In this document: piece by piece, positions 18,343 to 30,256 of the stretch
How positions within the stretch are numbered: the stretch's first letter is position 1
Layout: every line of letters starts with the position of its first letter
Assembly (NCBI GenBank): GCA_965206695.1
Contig: CBDBKM010000005.1
Location: 1 to 64,000, forward strand
Reading direction: 5' to 3'
Source: Chlamydiales bacterium
Lineage (GTDB): Bacteria; Chlamydiota; Chlamydiia; Chlamydiales; JAAZZY01
DNA length: 64,000 nt
Translations under genes and position numbers: made by a program
Notes under the pieces: model-generated
What the model was told of the DNA's origin: nothing
What the model saw: the letters and a program-made list of their open reading frames with translations, nothing else
Database searches by the model: none

Positions 18343-20316
18343 TTAATCTTGAACTAAAATACTGTTTCGGCTCCATAACTGCATGGTAGTGCGAATCGCA
18401 TCTAAGAAGAAAGCTCTCTTCTCTAAGTTATCACAACGATAAAGATACCCTAAAAAGGAAATATTATCATGGGATAGATAAACAGATGCTAATTGAAAAC
18501 GAGCAACTTCAAGTTTTTCAATCGTTTGATTGACTTGAAGTCGAAAGGATGAGTCATTACTACGAACCATGCAATACATAAATTCAGAATCGTGAATAAC
18601 CTTTATTAAATATTTTTCTTTTTTTAACGGATCTTCCTCAATAAGATCCATTAGCATACAAAAAATGATTTTTAAAACGGAAGCATTTAAAACGCTTCGC
18701 ATGATTACCGGGGTTAGGGAATAGAAAAAGTTTTCAAGAAGCAACTCATTATAATAACCAATCTTTTCTAACAACATTTTCAAAGATGAGAATACTTCAT
18801 TTTCTTTACTAATCATTCCCCCATTGTAATCTCTAATATTACCCAATAAAGAGATTAGTTCTTCAACGATTACTTGCCTTGCTTTATAAAGATCTAGTGA
18901 ATGGTTGCGCCGTAAAAATTTACTCTTATTCAAGCGTATGTGAAAAACATTCGCTTCCTTGGCTTCTTTTTTTCTTATGAATCCAATAACCTTTGTTCTA
19001 TCGTGAATAAATTCAATACCATCGCTCACTTTCTTAAATAAATCACGTATTGGTATAGAATTCTGTTTCGAAATCCTTAATAAAATTACAGTAAAAGAAA
19101 CGGTAGCGTCAGTCTGTTCATCAAAAGAAATAATGACTTGAGGCAAATCTTTAACCTGTTTTAATTGCTCTCCTAATGTCAAAATATTTCGCATCACCTC
19201 TTCTTCATTACGAGGCATGAAAATCGGGTGCATTAATCGTTCAATACAATGCTTTAACTCTATAGGCAGTTGTTTATTCAAACGATTAATTTCTTCGCAA
19301 GTAAAGAGTTCCTCTACTCCTTTTTCCATTTCAATGTATAATATTAGGGCTCCACCTGTATTTCTTTGATTAGCAATAAATGAATCTTCAATCAGATTGA
19401 CAGCAGGTAATAGGTTCTTAATACCTTTAATGATCTGTTTTTCACCAAAGACTTCATTCTCATTCAAAAAATTAAGTCCAATTAACAATGCTAAAACAGT
19501 TCTTGTCCCATAGGGTGAATGTAGACGTGTCTTGATTAACTTAATAACCAAACGACGTCTGGGATTAGTGTTTTTCTTCGTGTTACGCAAGGATTTTCTA
19601 AAAAGATACTGCAAATATATCATACGAGCCATATGTCGATACTCATGAATCGCCTTAAAATCTTCATGACATAGCACAAGAAAATGCTGCATCTCGTTAT
19701 AAATATCTCGATCAAATATTTGCGGTAAGCGATTGAGTAAGCGATTGAGTAATGCTAAGATATTGTCTTGTATCAAAACTGACTTTTCATCCGATGAAAA
19801 TCCCTTGATCTCTAAAATTCGTATAGCACTTTCACATGAAATAACACCCATTTTTATCTCAGTTGCTATGATCGGAAGGTTACGTTTAAGAATTTTTAAA
19901 TCCGAAAAATCTGCAATATTTACAATCATTTCGGTAACAATATATTGACCCTTACTAAGTTCAGGAAAATAGAAATCACTTGTGAAAGAGAAAACAATAT
20001 TTAAATGCTTTCCCGGAATTAAACATCTACTAATCATGTCATAGACGAATTTAGTAGAACATAAACGATATTTATATAGGCCTATAATGGCGACCTCACA
20101 AGGCATGGCTTCCATTTCAGACCAATTGATCAGCGGCAATCGCTCATTGAGCGATGTCAGCTGTTCAAATCGATTTTTTCCAATAAAAAAATTTTTAGGC
20201 AGAACTTTTTTTAAGATATTTCTTATTGTAGCTTCATACAATTTATTGTTAGCGCCTTCAGTTGAACCTGCAAAAACGCCGGCAATTCTAGGAATACCAT
20301 CGCTTTCAATATCCAT
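18343..20316 (-). CDS. Large hypothetical protein
   Basis: 657-aa uninterrupted ORF with normal composition; no motif I can assign securely. Confidence 0.75.
   Translation of the reverse strand: MDIESDGIPRIAGVFAGSTEGANNKLYEATIRNILKKVLPKNFFIGKNRFEQLTSLNERLPLINWSEMEAMPCEVAIIGLYKYRLCSTKFVYDMISRCLIPGKHLNIVFSFTSDFYFPELSKGQYIVTEMIVNIADFSDLKILKRNLPIIATEIKMGVISCESAIRILEIKGFSSDEKSVLIQDNILALLNRLLNRLPQIFDRDIYNEMQHFLVLCHEDFKAIHEYRHMARMIYLQYLFRKSLRNTKKNTNPRRRLVIKLIKTRLHSPYGTRTVLALLIGLNFLNENEVFGEKQIIKGIKNLLPAVNLIEDSFIANQRNTGGALILYIEMEKGVEELFTCEEINRLNKQLPIELKHCIERLMHPIFMPRNEEEVMRNILTLGEQLKQVKDLPQVIISFDEQTDATVSFTVILLRISKQNSIPIRDLFKKVSDGIEFIHDRTKVIGFIRKKEAKEANVFHIRLNKSKFLRRNHSLDLYKARQVIVEELISLLGNIRDYNGGMISKENEVFSSLKMLLEKIGYYNELLLENFFYSLTPVIMRSVLNASVLKIIFCMLMDLIEEDPLKKEKYLIKVIHDSEFMYCMVRSNDSSFRLQVNQTIEKLEVARFQLASVYLSHDNISFLGYLYRCDNLEKRAFFLDAIRTTMQLWSRNSILVQD
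19725..19752. repeat. 12-bp in-frame tandem duplication (LLNR-LLNR)
   Basis: GTAAGCGATTGA twice, followed by GTAA. Confidence 0.85.
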
Positions 20317-20381
20317 TGTTTACCCTTACTTTATATTTTTATGCGATAAAGCTATGATTAAGATTTCATAAATTTAAATTA

Positions 20382-21187
20382 TTAACAATCAAAAAAATAA
20401 GATTCTTCCTGTTCTTCATAATGACACGTGTCTAAGCGTAGAGAACCGGTATCTTCAATCAATGTCCCTTCAAGTTTTCCGGGATTGAAATCTATAAATG
20501 AATATACTGATAAAGGAAGAATATTATACCCTGCAAGCCGAACACAACGAGGATGTAAAACAGGGTGATTGCCATCTATAATATTTAAAGCTTCTTTGTA
20601 TGTTAATTTCTTTTTTAAAAAGACTTTGTCATAAGCATTGGGGTCTTTATCAAAAATGCCCGGAACATCCTTGTAAAATTCCACTTTTTCGGCTTTTAAT
20701 GCTACGCCTAATGCTACAGCAGATATATCTGATCCACCTCTTCCTAAGGTTGTAATATCTCCTCGTACACTGACCCCCTGAAACCCTGCAACAATTACAA
20801 TTTTTTCCTTATTAAGATTTGCAACTATTCTGATCGGGCGAATATTGATAATACGAGCATTGGTATGCTGATCAGTTGTGATAATTCCTGATTGACTCCC
20901 GGTAAGGCTTACGGCGTCAATTTTTTTTTTGTTAACGCCATTGCTAATAAAGAAATACTTATTCTTTCGCCTACGGATATCAACATATCGTATTCTCGTT
21001 GGGATGGCTTTGAATTGACGCTATGCGCTAAAGAAATCAACTGATCCGTCATATTAGCCATGGCACTTACAACAACGACAATCTGATCGAATTGTTGCAT
21101 CCTAGCTGCGATTATATCAGCAATTTTTTCAAATCGATCAGGCGAGGCAACGCTAGCCCCGCCAAATTTCATGATTAATAAGCTCAT
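20382..21187 (-). pseudogene. lysC: Aspartokinase, short form, split by one frameshift at an A10 tract
   Basis: MKFGGASV...VVVVSAM...GERIS before the T10 at 20921-20930; the other frame continues IDAVSLTGSQSG...VAGFQG...TTLGRGGSD...KDVPG. Confidence 0.82.
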
Positions 21188-21525
21188 AATGCTAAAACCC
21201 CAATAAAAAATTTGCACTTAAGTTTTTAACGAAAGTCTACTACGATTTGAATTTTTTAAAATAAATAAATGCTTAAAGTCAGCATATTATTGCTCTTCTA
21301 AAAAAAGTCCTATTTTTATGATTGCATTTTTTTTAAAGCCTCTGTTAAACTTTCTCTATCAAAAGCCCGTAAAGGGATTACATATATCTTTCTTGTTGTT
21401 CTTTGACACAGTAAGGCCACTTTATTAAAATTTAATTGACCACTGTTGAACCAAGGAAAAATGATAAGGGTGTATCTAATCCTTTTTCGAAAGGAGAGCG
21501 AAAAACTTAAGGAGATATTAATTAA

Positions 21526-23259
21526 ATGTCCACTCAATCACAAACAAACAATAACCGATCTGAACCCAATATTCTTGATGGCGTAGATTATCGAGAAGAA
21601 GATGCAGCACTCTTCAAAACTCTACTAGATGGGAAAGAACGCAGTCTAAATGAAGAGGAATTCCGTCCGGCAATGATTCCCGGCACTATATTAAAAGGGA
21701 AAATTGTTGAAATTACAAAAGATTTTGCAGTAATAGATGTGGGTTTAAAATCTGAAGGACTTGTACCTATTCAAGAATTTTCCAATGCAGAAGAACTGGC
21801 TGTAGATAACAAAGTTGAGGTCTTACTGGATAGACCGGAAGATGAAAATGGGCAAATCGTCCTATCAAAAGAAAAAGCCGAAAAACAACGTAAATGGGAG
21901 TTTATACTCAAGCACTGTAAAGAAGGCTCTATTGTTAACGGTAAGGTAATCAGAAAGGTCAAAGGCGGATTGATGATTGATATTGGAATGGAAGCTTTCC
22001 TGCCCGGGTCTCAAATTGACAATAAGCGAATTAAAAATCTTGATGAGTATTTGGATAAAACCTTTGATTTCAAAATCCTTAAAATAAACATCGAACGAAA
22101 AAATATTGTTGTTTCTCGAAGAGAGCTCCTGGAAGAAGAGCGTATCTCTAAAAAAGCTGAAATGCTTGAAACGATTCAAATCGGTGAAGTTCATAAAGGT
22201 ATCGTTAAAAATATTACAGACTTTGGTGTTTTCCTTGATCTTAATGGTATTGATGGCTTGCTTCATATTACTGATATGACATGGAAGCGGATTAAGCATC
22301 CTTCTGAAATATGTGACCTAGGTGACGAAATGAATGTGATGATCTTAAGTATCGATAAGGAAAAAGGACGAGTGGCTTTAGGTCTTAAGCAAAAAGAATC
22401 GAATCCTTGGGAAGAAATCGAAAGTAAATATCCTCCCGGCATGCAAATAAAAGGAACCATTGTTAATCTATTACCTTATGGCGCATTTATTGAAATTGAG
22501 CCGGGTATTGAAGGATTAATTCACATCTCTGAAATGTCTTGGGTAAAAAACATTACCGATCCTAGTGAAATTGTCAATAAAGGCGATGAAGTCGAAGCTA
22601 TTGTATTATCTGTACAAAAAGAAGAAGGCAAAATTTCACTTGGTATCAAACAAACAGAACGCAATCCTTGGCAAGATATCGAAGATAAATATCTTGAAGG
22701 AAAAATTGTTGAAGCAGAAATACGAAACCTAACAAATTATGGAGCTTTTGTAGCTTTAGAACCCGGAATTGATGGTCTTATCCATATATCCGATATTAGT
22801 TGGACAAAGAAAATTTCACACCCTTCTGAAATTTTAAAGAAAGGTGACAAAGTTAAGGCTATTATTCTGACTGTCGACAAAGAAAGTAAGAAGATTACAT
22901 TAGGTATAAAACAACTGACAGATAATCCATGGGAGACACTAGAAAAGTCTATTCCTATAGGATCAATTGTTCAGGGAAATGTGACTAAAATTACCGCTTT
23001 TGGCGCATTTATCGAGCTGGAAAATGGAATGGAAGCACTTATCCACGTTACAGAATTGTCTTCTCAGACATTTGGAAAGGTAGAAGATATCATTAATACA
23101 GGCCAAAATGTTACTGTTAAAGTAATAAAAATTGACCCTGAGCATAAAAAAATTGCTCTATCATTAAAAGATATTGATAATAATTTTGAGGATGAAATAG
23201 TTACAGCTTCCAGTCACAAAAGTGACACGGCAAGCCAAGAACCTCAAGAAGAACAATAG
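21526..23259 (+). CDS. rpsA: 30S ribosomal protein S1
   Basis: Repeated S1 domains ([35 protein letters not shown]). Confidence 0.97.
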   Translation: MSTQSQTNNNRSEPNILDGVDYREEDAALFKTLLDGKERSLNEEEFRPAMIPGTILKGKIVEITKDFAVIDVGLKSEGLVPIQEFSNAEELAVDNKVEVLLDRPEDENGQIVLSKEKAEKQRKWEFILKHCKEGSIVNGKVIRKVKGGLMIDIGMEAFLPGSQIDNKRIKNLDEYLDKTFDFKILKINIERKNIVVSRRELLEEERISKKAEMLETIQIGEVHKGIVKNITDFGVFLDLNGIDGLLHITDMTWKRIKHPSEICDLGDEMNVMILSIDKEKGRVALGLKQKESNPWEEIESKYPPGMQIKGTIVNLLPYGAFIEIEPGIEGLIHISEMSWVKNITDPSEIVNKGDEVEAIVLSVQKEEGKISLGIKQTERNPWQDIEDKYLEGKIVEAEIRNLTNYGAFVALEPGIDGLIHISDISWTKKISHPSEILKKGDKVKAIILTVDKESKKITLGIKQLTDNPWETLEKSIPIGSIVQGNVTKITAFGAFIELENGMEALIHVTELSSQTFGKVEDIINTGQNVTVKVIKIDPEHKKIALSLKDIDNNFEDEIVTASSHKSDTASQEPQEEQ

Positions 23260-23376
23260 TAATGAATAACTTGGTTATGTTTCGCGCAGGACTTGTTTAT
23301 GTTTAATTGAATATTTTGAACATTGTAAGATACAGTCAATATCCTGCGTGCTTAAAACTCTTATTAAGAGTAAAAC

Positions 23377-23402
23377 AAACCGAAGTTGAACTTCGGTTTT
23401 TA
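23377..23402 (+). terminator. Intrinsic terminator-like hairpin between rpsA and nusA
   Basis: AAACCGAAG-TTGAA-CTTCGGTTT followed by further Ts. Confidence 0.7.
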
Positions 23403-23450
23403 TGATTTAAAAGATCAATTTTAACAAACATTAACTTCAAGGCAAAAGTA

Positions 23451-24731
23451 ATGAATAAAGATCTACTTGCTATCTTTGAATACATGGAGAGAGAAAAAGG
23501 TATTAAACGAGAAATTATTATTCAAGCTGTTGAAGAAGCTCTAAGAGCTGCTGCTCGTAAAGGAATGAAGGAGACTCAAGAACTTAATATTCAAATTGAT
23601 CCCCGTACAGGTTCTATTGGTGTATTCGGAAACAAAATCATTGTTGAAACTGTACAATCTGCTGAAAAAGAAATTTCTCTCAAAGAAGCCCAAGAAATTA
23701 ATCCTGATTATGAATTAGGACAAACGATTCAAGTAACTATCACACCGAAGGACTTCGGTCGTATTGCCGCGCAAACAGCCAGGCAAATTATCAATCAAAA
23801 ACTTAGAGGCGCTGAAAGAGATGTTATTTATGAAGAATACCGTCATCGTATTAATGAAATCGTATCCGGCACTGTCAAACGCTTCATAAGAGGCTCTGAT
23901 TTAGTTGTTGATTTAGGAAAAGTAGAGGCTATTCTTCCAACAAGACAATATCCCAAAATTGAAAGGTATCATATTGGAGATCGCGTAATGGCTTTATTGC
24001 TGGAAGTTCAAGATACGGAAGGTGGCGGAGCTGAAGTCATTTTATCTAGAAGTCATCCAAAATTTGCAAAACAATTATTCATTCAAGAAGTACCGGAATT
24101 ACAAGATAATACTGTAGTTGTTGAAAAAATTGTAAGGGAAGCCGGATACCGCACGAAATTATCTGTTCGTTCCACTGACTCCAGAGTTGACCCTGTTGGT
24201 GCTTGTGTCGGTATGAGAGGTAGTCGAGTAAAAAACATTGTTCGTGAATTAAATAATGAAAAAGTTGATATTATCCCATTTTCTGATGATCCAATTGAAT
24301 TACTTCAAAACGCCCTAGCCCCGGTAGAAATTAGAAAAATTAGCATAAATGAAGAAGATCGTATCGTTTCTATAGTAGTAGACGATGATGATTTCCCTAC
24401 TGTTATTGGGAAAAAGGGAATGAATGCAAGACTAAATGGGGCTCTTATAGATGCCCAATTAGACGTGCAACGAATTAGTGAATATAAAAAATCCATGTCC
24501 ATTCAACGCAATGAATTAGCTTCTTCCGAAGATCCTTCTCTTGATGCACGTTTAGACTTACCAACTATTAATAAGTTAATTTTGGAAAACCTAATTGATG
24601 CCGGTTTCGATACACCAAGAAAAATTTTATTGGCAAATCCTGATAAAATAGCAGAAGTACCTGGTATAAGCATTGATATGGCTGATGAAATTATAGAACA
24701 AATTAGGAAAAAAGGTGCTAACATTGAGTAA
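23451..24731 (+). CDS. nusA: Transcription termination factor NusA
   Basis: [25 protein letters not shown] and KH motifs. Confidence 0.97.
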   Translation: MNKDLLAIFEYMEREKGIKREIIIQAVEEALRAAARKGMKETQELNIQIDPRTGSIGVFGNKIIVETVQSAEKEISLKEAQEINPDYELGQTIQVTITPKDFGRIAAQTARQIINQKLRGAERDVIYEEYRHRINEIVSGTVKRFIRGSDLVVDLGKVEAILPTRQYPKIERYHIGDRVMALLLEVQDTEGGGAEVILSRSHPKFAKQLFIQEVPELQDNTVVVEKIVREAGYRTKLSVRSTDSRVDPVGACVGMRGSRVKNIVRELNNEKVDIIPFSDDPIELLQNALAPVEIRKISINEEDRIVSIVVDDDDFPTVIGKKGMNARLNGALIDAQLDVQRISEYKKSMSIQRNELASSEDPSLDARLDLPTINKLILENLIDAGFDTPRKILLANPDKIAEVPGISIDMADEIIEQIRKKGANIE

Positions 24732-27225
24732 AAACCTGAAGATAAAAATTAAAAACGAACAACTTGCTAAAGCCGTAAATTTTGATCACTTAAAATCTAA
24801 GTTTTCAAAAAAGAAAAAGGCTGCTGAAGAATCCACTGAAAGGGTTAGCAAGCCACCTAAAAAAGCTGTAGCCAAAAAGGTTGCTTCAACGGCAAAAAAA
24901 CCGGTTAAAAAGGATGTTCCTGAAACGCCAAAAACAGCGCAACCTTTAGCTAATAAAGCAATGATTGCTCCTTCTAAACAAGCACCTAAGGAAGCAACTA
25001 ATGCTAAAAAAGCTCCTCTGAGTACAGCCAATCCGAAGAAAAAGGAAGTTGTTGATACTCCAATTAATGACAACAAGGAAGTCCAATCTTCTAAAACGAA
25101 AGTACCACCAAAAGAAAAGGATAATAAAACGCCTATTTCAACAGAAACTAAATCTTATACAGCAAAGAAAACAGCTCAATCGGCAGCAAAGAAACCACTT
25201 GCTAAAAAGAAAAAAGGATTTGACAACCCTAAAGGCAGTAATTTTTCTTCTTTACTTGACGAATTTAAAACGACAAATAAATCAGCACCTTTGGGTAAAG
25301 GTTTAAATGAAAAACAATTTTACGATCTTCAACCCCTTCATAAGCGATCAAATCAACGAATGGATTCAGGTCGATCTAATGACGCATGGAAACGAAAACG
25401 AAGATCTAATAGATCTAAAGTCGTAGAAGAAGATACAACTATACGCCCCAATGAATTATCTATTCGACTTCCCATTACAATCAAAAATCTGGCTTCTGCT
25501 ATGAAGATCAAAGTTTCTCAAGTTATTTCAAAGTTATTTGCACAAGGAATGACATTTACTTTGAATGATTACTTAGATGATGAGACAACTATCCAATTAA
25601 TAGGAACGGAATTTGGCTGCGAAATCACTATTGATACTTCGGAAGAAGAGCGTATACGTATCACGGACAAGTCAGTGAAAGAAGAAATTCAAGATACAGG
25701 CGCTACTCAGCTAGTTAAACGCCCACCGGTTGTCACTTTTATGGGCCACGTTGATCATGGAAAAACCAGTTTAATTGACGCCTTACGAAAAAGTAATATT
25801 GCAGGAAAAGAAGCAGGTGCAATTACTCAGCATATTGGTGCCTTCCGTTGCGAAACCTCACATGGAGACGTTACCATTTTAGACACTCCGGGCCACGAAG
25901 CCTTTTCTGCAATGAGAGGCCGTGGAGCTGAAGTAACGGATATTGTGGTCTTAGTTGTAGCCGGGGATGAAGGTATACGCGAGCAGACAATTGAGGCCCT
26001 ACAGCATGCTAAAACAGCCGGTGTCACTATTGTAGTCGCTATTAATAAAAGTGATAAAGAGGGATTTGACCCTGAACAGGTATATCGACAGTTATCAGAT
26101 CATAAGCTAATGCCTGAACAATGGGGTGGCTCAACAATTATGGTTAACTGTTCTGCTACTTCAGGTGAAGGGGTCGAAGATTTAGTGGAAATGCTGGCGT
26201 TGCAATCTGAAATGCTTGAAATGAAAGCAAATCCTCATAAACGAGCTAGAGGAACAGTTTTAGAATCAGAAATGCATAAAGGTCTTGGTTGTGTAGCAAC
26301 TGTTTTAATTCAAAATGGAACTCTTAAACTAGGAGATTCTATCGTTTTCGAACATCAATGGGGCAAAGTCAAGACCATGCATGATGAACTTGGTAATTAT
26401 ATAAATGAAGCCGGGCCATCTATTCCTGTTGAGATTACCGGATTATCCGGGCTCCCGGAAGCCGGGAATGAATTTATCGTAGTCAAAACTGAAAAGGAAG
26501 CTAAAGAAATTGCTGAAACACGATTTGCAGAGCATAAACAGTTGCACCAACAACACTCTAAGAGAATCTCTATGGACAAGTTTATGCAACAAGAAGATGA
26601 AGTAGAGAAAAAGGCTCTTAATCTTGTTCTTAGAGCAGATGTACAAGGATCTTTAGAAGCATTGAAAACTAGTTTGCTTAATATCAAATCTGAAAAAGTT
26701 GAATTAAATATTATTTTTGCAGCTGTTGGTGAAATCACTGAATCTGATATTCATTTAGCTGCTGCATCCAAAGCATCTATTATTGGCTTCCATACAAGAA
26801 TTGAGAGTCATGCTGAAGAGTTGCTAAAAAAGAATACTGATCTATTAATTTTTTCTCATGATATTATTTATCATGCCATTGATAGCGTAAAAAAACTCAT
26901 GGTCGATCAACTAGATAAAATTGCAAAAGAAGACGATCGTGGAAAAGCTGAAATCAAGGCTGTTTTTAAAGCATCTAAATTAGGCAAAATCGCCGGCTGT
27001 TTAGTAACTGAAGGGACTATTACCAGGAATTATAATTGTCGTATTATCCGAGAAGGCGACATTATCTGGAAAGGACGCATTACTTCTTTAAAACGTGAAA
27101 AAGAAGATGTTCGCGAAGTTAAAAAAGGTTTAGAATGCGGTATCCTTTTAGAAAATTATAGTGATATTTTACCCGGAGATGAAATTCAAGCCTATGAAGT
27201 ATCGTATTTAACTCAAGAACTTTAA
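24724..27225 (+). CDS. infB: Translation initiation factor IF-2
   Basis: [25 protein letters not shown] and NKSD; Lys/Ala-rich N-terminus; probable TTG start at 24724. Confidence 0.96.
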   Translation: MSKNLKIKIKNEQLAKAVNFDHLKSKFSKKKKAAEESTERVSKPPKKAVAKKVASTAKKPVKKDVPETPKTAQPLANKAMIAPSKQAPKEATNAKKAPLSTANPKKKEVVDTPINDNKEVQSSKTKVPPKEKDNKTPISTETKSYTAKKTAQSAAKKPLAKKKKGFDNPKGSNFSSLLDEFKTTNKSAPLGKGLNEKQFYDLQPLHKRSNQRMDSGRSNDAWKRKRRSNRSKVVEEDTTIRPNELSIRLPITIKNLASAMKIKVSQVISKLFAQGMTFTLNDYLDDETTIQLIGTEFGCEITIDTSEEERIRITDKSVKEEIQDTGATQLVKRPPVVTFMGHVDHGKTSLIDALRKSNIAGKEAGAITQHIGAFRCETSHGDVTILDTPGHEAFSAMRGRGAEVTDIVVLVVAGDEGIREQTIEALQHAKTAGVTIVVAINKSDKEGFDPEQVYRQLSDHKLMPEQWGGSTIMVNCSATSGEGVEDLVEMLALQSEMLEMKANPHKRARGTVLESEMHKGLGCVATVLIQNGTLKLGDSIVFEHQWGKVKTMHDELGNYINEAGPSIPVEITGLSGLPEAGNEFIVVKTEKEAKEIAETRFAEHKQLHQQHSKRISMDKFMQQEDEVEKKALNLVLRADVQGSLEALKTSLLNIKSEKVELNIIFAAVGEITESDIHLAAASKASIIGFHTRIESHAEELLKKNTDLLIFSHDIIYHAIDSVKKLMVDQLDKIAKEDDRGKAEIKAVFKASKLGKIAGCLVTEGTITRNYNCRIIREGDIIWKGRITSLKREKEDVREVKKGLECGILLENYSDILPGDEIQAYEVSYLTQEL

Positions 27226-27250
27226 TTAGAATTTAATACAAGAGTTTACA

Positions 27251-27625
27251 ATGCCAACTACACGTCGTACTGATCGCTTAAATTCTCTTCTTAAAGAGGT
27301 GTTATCAGAAGTTATTCGCAAGGATGTTAGAAATCCAAAAGTACATGAATTTGTAAGCATCTCTAAAGTAGATATCACAAAAGATCTACATTATGCCAAA
27401 GTATACATCAGTGTTATTGCTGAAGAATCCGAAAAACAAGAAACGCTAAAAGCTCTTCAATCTGCGGCAGGGTTCATCGGTTGTATCGCTTCTAAAAAAG
27501 TTGTTATGCGATATTTTCCTCATTTAACTTTTATTATAGATGACTCTGTAGAAAAACATATGCGTATAAATTCCCTCCTAGAACAAATAAAAATAGAAAA
27601 AGATAATCGCGATAACGATTATTAA
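27251..27625 (+). CDS. rbfA: Ribosome-binding factor A
   Basis: DLHYAKVYIS and RYFPHLTF motifs; synteny. Confidence 0.93.
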   Translation: MPTTRRTDRLNSLLKEVLSEVIRKDVRNPKVHEFVSISKVDITKDLHYAKVYISVIAEESEKQETLKALQSAAGFIGCIASKKVVMRYFPHLTFIIDDSVEKHMRINSLLEQIKIEKDNRDNDY

Positions 27626-27633
27626 CATAAAAT

Positions 27634-28311
27634 ATGGAAGGCATTCTCTTAATTGATAAACCAAAAGATATAACATCCTTTCAATTAATTCGATCTGCAA
27701 GAAGACTTACTAAAGTGAAAAAAATCGGTCATGCCGGAACGCTTGACCCTTTTGCCACAGGGGTTATGGTTCTTTTAATCAGTAGATCGTATACGCGACT
27801 CTCTGATACTTTTATCAACTCTGATAAAGAGTATGAAGCGCAAGTACAATTAGGTATTTCAACCACTACACTTGATTCTACCGGTAATATTACTTCTACA
27901 TCTACAACTGTCCCTACTATTAAACAAGTAACAGAAGCATTGAATCCATTTCAGGGAAATATCCAACAAATACCACCTATGTATTCAGCTAAAAAAGTTA
28001 AAGGAAAAAAGCTTTATACTCTCGCCAGAAAAGGCATCACAATTGATAGAGCACCAATCAATGTTCACGTGTCTATTCATCTCTTAAGCTATAATTTTCC
28101 CTATTTAAACATCTATGTTATTTGTAGCAAAGGCACCTATATTAGAACTCTTGCAGAAGACTTAGGAAAAGCTTTAGGCTGCTCCTCTCACCTATCTCAA
28201 CTGAAACGTACTCGCAGTGGTCCTTTTAGAATTAACCAATGTCTTGATGGTTGTCACTTAGATGAAGATGAGTTTGATTTAACTTCCCATCTGAAAACAT
28301 CTATATACTAA
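27634..28311 (+). CDS. truB: tRNA pseudouridine-55 synthase
   Basis: KIGHAGTLDPFATG, QIPPMYSA and CSKGTYIR motifs. Confidence 0.95.
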   Translation: MEGILLIDKPKDITSFQLIRSARRLTKVKKIGHAGTLDPFATGVMVLLISRSYTRLSDTFINSDKEYEAQVQLGISTTTLDSTGNITSTSTTVPTIKQVTEALNPFQGNIQQIPPMYSAKKVKGKKLYTLARKGITIDRAPINVHVSIHLLSYNFPYLNIYVICSKGTYIRTLAEDLGKALGCSSHLSQLKRTRSGPFRINQCLDGCHLDEDEFDLTSHLKTSIY

Positions 28312-28322
28312 GGCTATTCCCT

Positions 28323-29252
28323 ATGCAGATACTGACACAAATTAATGATTTTCATGAGAATAACAACAATCAAATACTAACGATAGGTAATTTTGATGGC
28401 CTTCATTTAGGTCATCAAGCCATTTTAAAAAAAATTGATGACTTAGCTCTTGATACCGGGCTTAGAATTGTATTAACTTTTTCTAATCACCCCTCTACCA
28501 TTCTAACTCCTGATAATCCCCTTCATTTGTTGACTACGTTAAAACATAAACTCAATCTTTTTAAACAATATCCTATCGATTATTTGCTTCTTATCCCTTT
28601 TGCCAAAAAGCTTTCTGAAAAAACCCCTGAAGGTTTTATAAGTTATATACGGCAATATATCCCGTTTAAACATTTAATCTTGGGACATAATGCTACTATT
28701 GGAAAGAATAAAACAGGAGGAAAACAAGCCCTTTTATCTTTAGCTAAAAAATATAATTTTGAAGTGCATTATCTTCAATCTATAACAGTTAACAACATAG
28801 TTGTATCTTCTACGCGTATCCGAACTTTTATTAAAGAAGGATCGTTAAAAGAAGCTTCTCAACTCCTAGGTAGAAAATATTCCTTTTTTTCTCATATTTC
28901 CAAAGGGGCACAAAAAGGACGTTCTTTAGGTTATCCTACTGCTAATATGGAAGTTAACGATCTCTGCTTACCTCCTCTCGGCGTTTATGCTATTCGCCTG
29001 CGTCATAACAACCAAACATATCATGGGGTTGCAAATCTGGGATTAGCTCCTACTATGGGGAACAGAAAAAGGCCTGTATTAGAAGCTCATATTTTAGATT
29101 ATGAGGACAATCTATATGATTGTGATGTAGAGGTCATTCCTGAGCTTTTCTTGCGCCCTGAACTCCCTTTCCTTTCTTTAGAAGCTCTAAAAAAGCAGAT
29201 TTATGAAGATGTCATCCATACCAAGACATTATTTAGGTTTCTTAATATCTAA
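28323..29252 (+). CDS. ribF: Bifunctional riboflavin kinase/FAD synthetase
   Basis: IGNFDGLHLGHQ, VSSTRIR, GYPTAN and LEAHI motifs. Confidence 0.95.
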   Translation: MQILTQINDFHENNNNQILTIGNFDGLHLGHQAILKKIDDLALDTGLRIVLTFSNHPSTILTPDNPLHLLTTLKHKLNLFKQYPIDYLLLIPFAKKLSEKTPEGFISYIRQYIPFKHLILGHNATIGKNKTGGKQALLSLAKKYNFEVHYLQSITVNNIVVSSTRIRTFIKEGSLKEASQLLGRKYSFFSHISKGAQKGRSLGYPTANMEVNDLCLPPLGVYAIRLRHNNQTYHGVANLGLAPTMGNRKRPVLEAHILDYEDNLYDCDVEVIPELFLRPELPFLSLEALKKQIYEDVIHTKTLFRFLNI

Positions 29253-29702
29253 TACTTAAAAAATAAAGGAATTTTTTGCACACGAAAATCGGAACTTTTT
29301 TGGCGAGTAACCCTCTCCTAAAACCACACCCTTCTAATATATTATCTAAAGAGTGACTATAAATAGTCACAGCCCTAATCTGAAACAAGAATAAGCAAGC
29401 AAAAAAAGAACAATTACGAAAATAGAAGCAATAGCAATAGAAATGTTTAGACAAGAAGGCAAGACAGTCACCATATCAGAAGTAATCAGACGAGCTGTAA
29501 AAATATGTTATCCAATGGTTGAACAAAAGGTTCTATTGTAGCCGGATTTTTTATAGTGTAGCCTAAAGACAAATGAAATTGAAGTAGAAACATGCACTAT
29601 TAAACTAAATTTTATGATTTACCTATTTTAGGTTATAATTAACTTGCTTTGCTATAATTTAATTGTCAATAATTTAAATTTTTTGCTACTATAGGTTTCT
29701 TT

Positions 29703-30088
29703 ATGACTTCAGTTGCCGGATCACATACAATTAAACCCTTTATCAATCCACCGCTTCCACTAAGCAATAGCGAAATGACGAGCAGCTCTGATTTTGGAGA
29801 TGGTAGCACTAAAGAAGTTACCGTTATCAAAGATGGTAATAAGACGATAACTACTAGATTATGGGGGGGGTTGCTAAATTAGTTACCGGATTAGCATTGA
29901 TAGCCATAGGTGTTTTTGGTTTAGCTCACAACATAAGGATGTTTAGCTTTGGCTATGATGCTTACGTTGCTACGCCTCCCACTTTCCATACAGTAGCCTT
30001 TATGCACTATAGTCTTTCAATTATAGGACTATATCTAAGTAAGTGTGCTTTAGAAAGCGGCGTAAATCTTATCAAAGAGGGCTTATAA
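29703..30088 (+). pseudogene. Small Inc-like membrane protein split at a G8 tract
   Basis: ORF 29703-29882 (MTSVAGSHTIKPFINPP...TTRLWGG) and ORF 29861-30088 (two hydrophobic segments) join in frame if G8 at 29863-29870 is G9. Confidence 0.55.
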
Positions 30089-30256
30089 TGATTGCTAATT
30101 TTAGGTTCCAATCTGAAAGCTCTTCAGGTTAAACCTAGGGTAGATGATCCGCTAAGCAATCCGTTACACATTTTTTTGACTCCATTGTATCGTCTCCTTT
30201 TAATAGACATAAAGCATTACACTTCGTCCAAGCAGCATTCGCTACGGCGAAATCTA

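Noticed and set aside
21316..21537. 73-aa minus-strand ORF upstream of rpsA
   Set aside because: Overlaps the rpsA start and leader region; no recognisable features.
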